Of a stretch of DNA of 64,000 nt, positions 56,627 to 64,000 are shown piece after piece; the stretch's first letter is position 1, and each line of letters opens with the position of its first letter. The notes beneath the pieces were generated by a model. It made no database searches. It saw nothing but the letters and a program-made list of their open reading frames with translations, and was not told where the DNA came from. A program made the translations under genes and the position numbers. The DNA is taken from the sequence record NC_070958.1. One strand, written 5' to 3'.

Positions 56627-57940
56627 TTACAAACTGATTGTGTCGAGGTCCAGTGTAATAGTCTTCAACGTGGATACGTGCATCCCTTTCATGCGCGTCA
56701 GCATGAACTGGGTGAAGATGTAGACAACTTCAGCTGAAACACGAGTCTCTATAGACCCCAACTTCTCACCACAACAGGTCCGGCAGAGGTTATCATCGGG
56801 CTGGACACAGAACTGCGGAACGCGCATCTTGATGGGTTTACCGATGAGTGCCTTGTCACCACTCTCGATGAGGACAGGTTTCCCATCAACCATGTGATAA
56901 CCGCCAACCCAGCCCTTGAATGTGTCCTTGGAAATCACCACATCCTCAGTACGAGTGGTACCGCAATCTACAGAACCTACAGAGATACGGTTAGTAAGGA
57001 GGATTGCTACCTTAACTTCCGCACCACCTTCACCAGTGGCGTTACCCCGGTCGAACGACGCAGAGATAGCAGTGTTGATGTACTTGGGGAAGTGATCATG
57101 ATCCCAACCTTCATTCAGGGATTTCCGTAGCAGGGTATATTTACCGGTATTGAAATCAGGAACCATGTCAAAGATGAGGAACATCTTCTTACGGGCGTTA
57201 TCGATAAACTTGCCATTGATAAAGAAGTCTTTGGAAGGACCACTATACTGGATCTTGGCATCCATAGCGACTACTTCATCGATCATCTTAGCAACGGCGA
57301 CCGGGTCGCCCAGTTTACCTTCCTTTTCCAACTCAGCAAGCAACTTATCCCGATGCGCAATAACATCAGGATGCACTGTGAGTACGTCGATGGAAGAAGC
57401 CTTAACGAATACATCGTTCATCCCTTCCAGGAAGTCGAGATTCTTGGTGATGTCCAGGCATTGGTTTACAGAAGCTTTACCAGCAGGAACCGTTCCCTCG
57501 GGACCAGGGTTGTCAACCATGATGGAGTCAATCAGACCCTTGATAGTTCCACCACCTATCTTGCCGTTGATGTAAGAACCAGCATCACCCACGGCTTCTT
57601 TGATCACAACCATGTTGACCAAGAAGATCCCTACCGTGGTTTCGTACTTTTGATTCAACCAACCATTGGTAGTTTGATCTACTGTAAACTTCTCGTTCTT
57701 ATGGAAGAGAGGTGCTTCGAAAGGAGTGTGCTCAATAAACACTTTCTCTCCATCCGGACGGAAGAAATAGATCTTCTTCTCTTCCTCATCCCGGTAGACG
57801 GAATACGGAGCTGTCTTCAGTTTGGCCACGTTGTTTGGTGTGGACTTAACCAAAGAAAAGATAGAGAGCAGAAAGGTCTTTCGGGTATACGCCCTGGCAT
57901 TGAACGCTTCTACCAGGAATTCGAATTTGTTCATTGACAC
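56627..57940 (-). CDS. Virion RNAP beta-prime C-terminal fragment (phiKZ gp80-like)
   Basis: VDCGT, MRVPQFC...CRTCCG, TQFMLTRMKGMH. Confidence 0.85.
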   Translation of the reverse strand: MSMNKFEFLVEAFNARAYTRKTFLLSIFSLVKSTPNNVAKLKTAPYSVYRDEEEKKIYFFRPDGEKVFIEHTPFEAPLFHKNEKFTVDQTTNGWLNQKYETTVGIFLVNMVVIKEAVGDAGSYINGKIGGGTIKGLIDSIMVDNPGPEGTVPAGKASVNQCLDITKNLDFLEGMNDVFVKASSIDVLTVHPDVIAHRDKLLAELEKEGKLGDPVAVAKMIDEVVAMDAKIQYSGPSKDFFINGKFIDNARKKMFLIFDMVPDFNTGKYTLLRKSLNEGWDHDHFPKYINTAISASFDRGNATGEGGAEVKVAILLTNRISVGSVDCGTTRTEDVVISKDTFKGWVGGYHMVDGKPVLIESGDKALIGKPIKMRVPQFCVQPDDNLCRTCCGEKLGSIETRVSAEVVYIFTQFMLTRMKGMHVSTLKTITLDLDTISL

Positions 57941-58827
57941 AAGTTCACCTCTTTCAATACTGCTTGGGCGCGGTACATGATTTCCGTAGTTTCAGAAACG
58001 TCATTAATGAGGGACATCACTGCTCCTTCAATCTCCGCACTGGTCATCGGGGTCAGCAACATAATGCTGATCATGTTCTTGATGTATTCCACCGGATTGT
58101 TCAACATCATCTCGCCTACTTCAGCAGCAAACAAGTTCATGTAGATATCCAGTTGTTGTTGGACGCCACCGCCATCAACTATATGACGTTCACCAACGGT
58201 TCCTTTAAGAAACGCTTTGTTGGCTACCAGACGTTTCTTAAAGAAGGGTTCCATGTACTGGTCATCATCCGTACCCAGAATGTTCAAACCAATCAACATA
58301 CCTTTGGTAACATCGACAGAAACATCCTTAATAACGTACGGGAGTTTTTCTTGGTCCATCAAGGGATCAACCAAAGCCATAACTTGGATGAAACGCTCCT
58401 TCGGATCGATACCCTCGTCTTCCAGCACATCTGACAAACCCAGGATGTCTTCTATACCGTCGACGGTATAGATGGTATCGAGGATCTTTGTCAGGATAAC
58501 CAACTCGTCAGGACCAATGTAGTCCATGTCGATCATGATCCCCATTGCTTGGAGGCAATCTACCAAAGCGTAAATGAGTATCTTACGTACTGCCTGAATG
58601 GTATCAGGAGTATCGTATCCTTCATCGATCAAAACGGTCGTGATGTTAGTGTCCAGGAAACCATTATTTCCACCCGGAACACATTCCAGGGATAGCGTAA
58701 TTAAGTTGTACGCATCCTGTAATTGTATAGCCGCTTCAGGTGTACACCTGACCGCGAAGTCATCCCACATTTCGCCAAGATTATCACTGGCAAGGTTAGC
58801 GTTAGTGAGATCAATCATATCTGACAT
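57931..58827 (-). CDS. Conserved phiKZ-like hypothetical protein
   Basis: 298-aa ORF, AAGGA upstream. Confidence 0.8.
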   Translation of the reverse strand: MSDMIDLTNANLASDNLGEMWDDFAVRCTPEAAIQLQDAYNLITLSLECVPGGNNGFLDTNITTVLIDEGYDTPDTIQAVRKILIYALVDCLQAMGIMIDMDYIGPDELVILTKILDTIYTVDGIEDILGLSDVLEDEGIDPKERFIQVMALVDPLMDQEKLPYVIKDVSVDVTKGMLIGLNILGTDDDQYMEPFFKKRLVANKAFLKGTVGERHIVDGGGVQQQLDIYMNLFAAEVGEMMLNNPVEYIKNMISIMLLTPMTSAEIEGAVMSLINDVSETTEIMYRAQAVLKEVNLCQ

Positions 58828-58869
58828 AATCTTGTCCTTTCAACTGTAAGTTCATAATGGAGTCATAAC

Positions 58870-59538
58870 ATGTCTAATAAGGTTCAACTTAAAGCAGCAC
58901 GGAAGCGTGCCGAACGTAAAGTAGCCTCCAGCCGTAAAAACGGTCGTCGTCGTCTCGCTATCCATCAGAGTGTTCCTCAACTCATGGAAGCCGCCAAGAG
59001 CCAGATCGAACTCGCCCTGGAACGTCACCAGCTGGAGAGTCCTTTCGACATCGCCCGTCGAAGCGATGGTAGTGAAGTCCCTGCCATGGATAAGGCTGCT
59101 ATGATCCAAGGTTGCCGCAAGTCCACCACCGAAGTTTTCCGGATGTTCAGCTACCTGGCCGCAGCCAAGTCCCTGGTCGATCAGGGTCGTATCGAATTCG
59201 AATTCAAACTGGACCTGGATCAGTGCGCTGCTGATATCGCTGCTCTGGATCGTCGCGTTATCCGTCTGAACGTTCTGGTAGAAGGTGAAGATGACGTCTT
59301 CGGTTACGAACTCATGGATATCGGTTCTACTCTGGAGAACCTGGGTTCTGTCATCTATGATGAAGTCTCTCGTCTTGAGCCGCAAGCTCTGGTCCTCGAC
59401 AGCTACATCAATCATGCCGCCCAACAAGTCGTCGCTGATCCTGAAAATGAGATCGCTGACCTCAAGCAGGCCAACCAAACCGTACTCCAATCTCTGGCGT
59501 ACACTCTGATCAAACCCCACATGGTAAATAAAGCTTAA
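58870..59538 (+). CDS. Conserved protein, probably virion-associated
   Basis: Basic N-terminus; GGAG upstream; high-expression codons. Confidence 0.75.
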   Translation: MSNKVQLKAARKRAERKVASSRKNGRRRLAIHQSVPQLMEAAKSQIELALERHQLESPFDIARRSDGSEVPAMDKAAMIQGCRKSTTEVFRMFSYLAAAKSLVDQGRIEFEFKLDLDQCAADIAALDRRVIRLNVLVEGEDDVFGYELMDIGSTLENLGSVIYDEVSRLEPQALVLDSYINHAAQQVVADPENEIADLKQANQTVLQSLAYTLIKPHMVNKA

Positions 59539-59549
59539 GGAGCTTTTGA

Positions 59550-61145
59550 ATGTCTGATCAAGAAAAACCCATCGACGTACTGCGCGCGGCAGTTCTTCTC
59601 GGTAAGCCGGACACTGTTGGGTTCGGCATCCCCATCTTTACTGGTGGGCTCAAAGAGCAGCACCGTGTAATCCTGGAAGCAGCTCAGCTCTTCTATGCCA
59701 TCCGTGAGCTCGAAAGCGAGATGGAAAAGAACGGTCGCACCGACCAGACCACACTGAACTCTCTCCGTGTTCGTTACACGGAACACACTGAGGAACACTT
59801 CCAGGGTGTAAGTGAGAAACAACTGGCAGAAATGCTGGTGAACTATTTCACTTTCTACCGACGGACCCTCGACCGCATCCAGATGCGTGATGATGTCACC
59901 GCCGAGCGCCAACACAAGCCCAATGCCAACGTGGTGACTACTCAACGCGGTCCCATCGGGATCATTAACAGTATCAAGCCCGGTAAGCTCGGGAATCTGT
60001 CCATGAAGGATAGGATGCGGAAGAACTTCGCCAAATCCTCCGGTAGTGTGGACGGTTTCTCGATCATGCTGATGAACAGCCGGGTCTTCCTGAAGATCAA
60101 GCTCCCCACTCCCATGGACCTTCTGTTGTTGATGAACAAGATCGCCAACAAACTCTCTGGGTTTGGTAAGCGTGTTCGTGCATCATCCCTGGAGCTGGAA
60201 CGTGCACTGATCGTCCGTGAGGTTGTCGAGTTCGTTATCGAGATGGCGACCTACTGGAGTGTCTCTGACATCCTGGATGCTCGCGAACTGCTCAACGTGA
60301 TCAAGGAAAGCGACGCCAACCACCTGGCTGTGGCAATCCTTGCAGCTTCTGCACCCAAAGGTCTGAACTACCGCATGAGCTGCCTGGCTCACAAGTGTAA
60401 CTTCAGCGATGACGTTCTGATCGACGCGGCCAACATGGTTCACTTCGACAACGAACGTTACCCGGCGAAGTACATGGAACAGGTCCAGATGATCTTGAAC
60501 ACCGGTCACAAGTTCTCTATCCAGGAACTGCACGATTCCGATGTTCCCTTCATCGATACTGACGGGACTGAGATCGAGACACGGTTCACCATGAACGATG
60601 GATCCGTGAGCATCGAGCTCAAAGAACCGTACCTCGCAGATTACTTCGAGTGTTTCGATAACGCCGCCGCTCGTATCAACCCTCAACTCCGTCAACTGGC
60701 TGTCCAGTTCTCTGAACCTGAGCGCTACAAGCGCGAGTACCAGAGCTACATGGGTAGTATCCGGACCAACAACTACACGCAGTGGGTAGATAAGATCATC
60801 TTCCACGTAGCTGCCGGTGAAGAAGGTGAAGACGAAGTAATGTCCCGCGGGGATAACCCGAAAGAGTTCGACGAAGGTCTGATCGACTGCCTGGGTAGCC
60901 AAGAAGAACTCGCCGGTATCTTGCTGGAGCGTGTCATCAAGGTCATCCCCCGCCTGTCCTACACCAGTGTAGGGATTCTGTCAACAGAGTGTCCTCAGTG
61001 CAAACAAACCACTGATGAAGAAGTTACCAAGGTTCATGGTGGTTATACCCCCATCGATCCGTTCCTGACTTTTTTCGACCACACCCAAATGTTGATAGAA
61101 CTGCGGAGGGAGCTGGCGATTACACAAGAGGAGCTTCTTTCCTAG
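59550..61145 (+). CDS. Conserved phiKZ-like protein, probably tail/baseplate assembly
   Basis: 531 aa; CxxxxC and CPQC motifs; slippery heptamer near the 3' end. Confidence 0.8.
   Translation: MSDQEKPIDVLRAAVLLGKPDTVGFGIPIFTGGLKEQHRVILEAAQLFYAIRELESEMEKNGRTDQTTLNSLRVRYTEHTEEHFQGVSEKQLAEMLVNYFTFYRRTLDRIQMRDDVTAERQHKPNANVVTTQRGPIGIINSIKPGKLGNLSMKDRMRKNFAKSSGSVDGFSIMLMNSRVFLKIKLPTPMDLLLLMNKIANKLSGFGKRVRASSLELERALIVREVVEFVIEMATYWSVSDILDARELLNVIKESDANHLAVAILAASAPKGLNYRMSCLAHKCNFSDDVLIDAANMVHFDNERYPAKYMEQVQMILNTGHKFSIQELHDSDVPFIDTDGTEIETRFTMNDGSVSIELKEPYLADYFECFDNAAARINPQLRQLAVQFSEPERYKREYQSYMGSIRTNNYTQWVDKIIFHVAAGEEGEDEVMSRGDNPKEFDEGLIDCLGSQEELAGILLERVIKVIPRLSYTSVGILSTECPQCKQTTDEEVTKVHGGYTPIDPFLTFFDHTQMLIELRRELAITQEELLS
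61070..61076 (+). promoter_or_regulatory. Candidate -1 ribosomal frameshift site T TTT TTC
   Basis: Correct X XXY YYZ phase in the 59550 frame; the -1 frame is stop-free from 61019 to 61591. Confidence 0.55.
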
Positions 61146-61270
61146 AACTGCCGGGTTCGCTCTCTCAATTCCAGAAGGCAGAAGAAGTAGCCATCCGTGA
61201 GTTCATAGCACTACAAGAATTAGAGGGGCTCGAAACAAGAGCCCTTTATAAGAAAGAGTTAAAGATATTC

Positions 61271-61591
61271 ATGAAATCCAGAGGTTGGATAAGTGAACGC
61301 GATTCTTTCTCCATTCTGTTGTGCTATAACCGTTCTCTAAGAGAGTACACACACAGATGGTCACCCGGCTCTTTTGGTGAAATGTTTGGGTATCGTGAGT
61401 ACTCTGAGATCATACCGCTTAAAGAGTTTCTTACAACCCCAATGGCGGTGGTCGAGGATATTTTGGAAGGTGTCGGTAAAGGCCGCACCGATATTAAGAA
61501 GGCGAAGGACGCAGCACGGTCTGCCGACGAAAAACGTAAGGAAGATCCTGCAAGCATTCTTCAACGAGAACTTAATAAACTCAAGGGGTAA
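61271..61591 (+). CDS. Hypothetical protein, possibly expressed as a -1 frameshift extension of 59550-61145
   Basis: Frame is open about 250 nt upstream of this ATG, with protein-like sequence but no ATG/GTG/TTG. Confidence 0.7.
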   Translation: MKSRGWISERDSFSILLCYNRSLREYTHRWSPGSFGEMFGYREYSEIIPLKEFLTTPMAVVEDILEGVGKGRTDIKKAKDAARSADEKRKEDPASILQRELNKLKG

Positions 61592-61596
61592 TTTAA

Positions 61597-62142
61597 ATGG
61601 GTAAGTATATTCCGCCTGTTACCGAGCAACGCGACTCCGCTGTTGTTCTCCAGGGCGAGAAAGAAAAGAACATGGACACCTCCGTTGGTGTTCCTACCGA
61701 AGTTCGTCCGACTACACCGGTCGAAATCTACAAAGATAAGATCGACGAATTTGTCGGTTTCCTCAAACACGAGAACAACGCCGGTCAGCCCGAAATCCGT
61801 GCTAAGTATCAGGTTGGTGTTATCACCATGTTCGATCTGATCCTGGGAATGGATTACAACGAGATGGAAGAAGTGATCGACCACCTGGTCATTACTATTG
61901 GTAAGCACCCGCACGTCTTCACCAACAGTAACACCCTGGCACCGCTCTACGCAGTCGAGAACCGCAAGTTGCTCGTAGCAGCGTCCATCCAACGCTACAA
62001 GTGGTTCATGACCTTCTTCATCGGTCTGTCGAACAACATTCGTCAGCGTGCGCAGTATGTCGAAGGTTACGACATTACTCGGTTCATCTCCATGTTCCCT
62101 GTTAAGGCCCGTGAGAACCTCCACAACTACATCTATCGTTAA
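61597..62142 (+). CDS. Conserved phiKZ-like protein, probably virion-associated
   Basis: 181-aa ORF followed by a terminator. Confidence 0.8.
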   Translation: MGKYIPPVTEQRDSAVVLQGEKEKNMDTSVGVPTEVRPTTPVEIYKDKIDEFVGFLKHENNAGQPEIRAKYQVGVITMFDLILGMDYNEMEEVIDHLVITIGKHPHVFTNSNTLAPLYAVENRKLLVAASIQRYKWFMTFFIGLSNNIRQRAQYVEGYDITRFISMFPVKARENLHNYIYR

Positions 62143-62156
62143 TTCGATGTAAAGAT

Positions 62157-62185
62157 CCCTCTCCCTCCGAAAGGATGGGAGAGGG
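62157..62185 (+). terminator. Stem-loop of the CCCTCTCCC/GGGAGAGGG family
   Basis: ccctctccc-tcc-gaaa-gga-t-gggagaggg. Confidence 0.75.
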
Positions 62186-62203
62186 GTTTATATTGTCTAT
62201 AAC

Positions 62204-62231
62204 TTTTCAAACCTACATTATTAAGGTGATG
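62204..62231 (+). promoter_or_regulatory. Phage promoter motif
   Basis: TTTTCA-aacct-ACATTAT-taag-GTGATG upstream of 62287. Confidence 0.6.
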
Positions 62232-62286
62232 GAAACATCAACGTTATCAATGGTGATAACGCACTAACGCTGCTAAGGAGCACACA

Positions 62287-63120
62287 ATGTTTAAATCAAC
62301 TTTGATCAACACCACCCCGGTAGTCTCTGTTATTTCCGAGCAAGAAAACGAATTCAACTTTCTACTCGTTTACGGACGGACATCAGGTGGAAGAGATATT
62401 CCATTGGTGATAATGGATACTGAAGCGAAAGACATCAGGACCCAAGCCGAAGTGTTCCTGAGAATGATGGACGACAAGTCCATTGACAATCACAATGCGT
62501 CCCACTTTATATGGCGGGGTCCATATCTGATTCTCCGTACTTTCGGCCACCGTTCTTTTGAAGCAACCATCAGCGATTCCAGAACTGAAAAGTTCGGGTC
62601 GAGAGAAGGGCACAAGAACGTACTGAAACGTTTGATCGGAGTGATCACCGAGTTCCTTGCCGGACAACACGATTACTCCAAGTACAGCGTCGAGACTGAT
62701 ACGATCAAACACGTCTTCTACAATGAGAGCGTGATTGTTGACGGGACCGCCAGTATCTCTCGGGTCCAATCTTTCAATGCTGTTTGTAAAACACTGGAAG
62801 AGCCCAACAAGAAGATGTTGACGTTGACGAGTATTAAGGGCGCTATCAACATCGTGGTCACCGAAGAAATGGATCTCTCTGGTCTGCTCAAATCCATTGA
62901 GCGTGGCGTGGGTGGTGAGAGTTTTGTCTCCACGGAAACCGGTGCGAATAATTTCGGACACTCCAGTTTGATTTACCACGTTATGGAACCTAACAAAGGT
63001 TGTAACGAACCACACATCCGGATTATCCATAGTACCAAATCCAAAGGAGCGTCGTTGGCCTTTATAGCGACCCCCTTGTTTATTGAACGGATAACAGAAG
63101 TTGTAATGTCTGCACGGTAA
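62287..63120 (+). CDS. Hypothetical protein
   Basis: 277-aa ORF, AAGGAG upstream. Confidence 0.8.
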   Translation: MFKSTLINTTPVVSVISEQENEFNFLLVYGRTSGGRDIPLVIMDTEAKDIRTQAEVFLRMMDDKSIDNHNASHFIWRGPYLILRTFGHRSFEATISDSRTEKFGSREGHKNVLKRLIGVITEFLAGQHDYSKYSVETDTIKHVFYNESVIVDGTASISRVQSFNAVCKTLEEPNKKMLTLTSIKGAINIVVTEEMDLSGLLKSIERGVGGESFVSTETGANNFGHSSLIYHVMEPNKGCNEPHIRIIHSTKSKGASLAFIATPLFIERITEVVMSAR

Positions 63121-63125
63121 CGATA

Positions 63126-63158
63126 AACCCTCCTCAACCATAATGGTTGAGGAGGGTT
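63126..63158 (+). terminator. 15-bp stem-loop
   Basis: aaccctcctcaacca-taa-tggttgaggagggtt. Confidence 0.8.
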
Positions 63159-63210
63159 ACCTTTCTTATATTTCTTTTTGATTATATGCCATCTATAGAA
63201 GGAATATAAC

Positions 63211-64000
63211 GTGAACGTAGACATTAATGACATCGACCATGTACTCAGTTGCATGAGTGGTTTTGAAGCATTTTCTAATCAACAGGATAATAGCGACGCA
63301 GAGTACGCCAAGTCCTGTCTCAAGCTCAACGGGGTGAACCTGGTTGCCATCGCCGGTAATGAAAGTTTCTTTGAAGCTATCAAGCAGGGCGGAAAGAAGA
63401 TGTACGAGATGATCGTCAATCTTCTCAGGGGAATCAAGAACTTCTTCTTTGGTTCTGGTGGAACCGGGAAAGATAAAGCAGTCTCCCAAGCGAAGACCGA
63501 AGTGAACAATGCCAAGAAAAGCATTGTCATTACGGTGAAGACTTTGGAGAAAGGAGATCTCCCTAGTGGGTCACCCGGTGTTTCCAACACCAACCTGAAC
63601 CGCGCCAAAGAAATACTGGAAGAAGGTAAAGCCGCCGCTGAACAGATCAACAAACTGATGAGCGGTGAGAACTTCGCACAAGGTGCCGAAAAATGGACCA
63701 AGTTCGTAGAGAACTATACCAGTGTCATGTGGACTGCCGAAAGCCGTGCTCACTTTGTACGCAACATTCCCCAGGTTAAGGTGAGTGACCTTGCCGCCCA
63801 AACCACCAAGCTCGAAAAGGGTCTGCGGGAAGTTGTAGCCGCCATTAAGGACGGTAACAAATACAACCACAACAATGCTCAGTATATCGTCACTACGGTG
63901 GAAGGCGGTAGCAAAGTTATCGATGCGATGGACAAGGCACGGAGCGCGGCCAAAGAAATGCTCGCAAAAGTCACCATCGATCTGGAGCACAACAACAAAG
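63211..64000 (+). CDS. Internal head protein (processed-propeptide type), truncated by window end; not in ORF track
   Basis: GTG after AAGGA; frame open to 64000; SGFE and AGNES motifs followed by a basic FFEAIKQGGKK segment. Confidence 0.7.
   Translation, partial: MNVDINDIDHVLSCMSGFEAFSNQQDNSDAEYAKSCLKLNGVNLVAIAGNESFFEAIKQGGKKMYEMIVNLLRGIKNFFFGSGGTGKDKAVSQAKTEVNNAKKSIVITVKTLEKGDLPSGSPGVSNTNLNRAKEILEEGKAAAEQINKLMSGENFAQGAEKWTKFVENYTSVMWTAESRAHFVRNIPQVKVSDLAAQTTKLEKGLREVVAAIKDGNKYNHNNAQYIVTTVEGGSKVIDAMDKARSAAKEMLAKVTIDLEHNNK

Overview
A 64 kb segment of a nucleus-forming jumbo phage (phiKZ-like, Chimalliviridae). It holds an intein-containing terminase, dTMP kinase, a minus-strand tRNA/RNA island, about 15 kb of small accessory genes, and the core block: PhuZ tubulin, a family-B DNA polymerase subunit, chimallin, four non-virion RNA polymerase subunits, a PicA-like importer and an intein-containing SF2 helicase. 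A virion RNAP beta-prime fragment and virion genes follow. phiKZ gp-number assignments come from motifs and remembered synteny, not from a search. Most notable: (1) a 2.9 kb largely non-coding minus-strand island (about 7490-10400) around the tRNAs. It contains a tandem pair of ~140-nt RNA domains with identical topology and covarying helices that I cannot match to a known family, a ~850-nt structured RNA ending at a terminator, a ~140-nt structured spacer, and a tRNA-like element with an aberrant anticodon arm. (2) A likely -1 programmed frameshift (T TTT TTC, 61070-61076) joining a 531-aa virion-region protein to the next ORF. (3) Adjacent Tad1-like and Acb1-like anti-defence genes. (4) Two class-3-type inteins starting with Asp and Leu. 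(5) tRNA-Thr split by a 207-bp insert copied from two other loci in the window, which may be an assembly chimera. (6) A fixed-spacing tripartite promoter motif seen 8 times.
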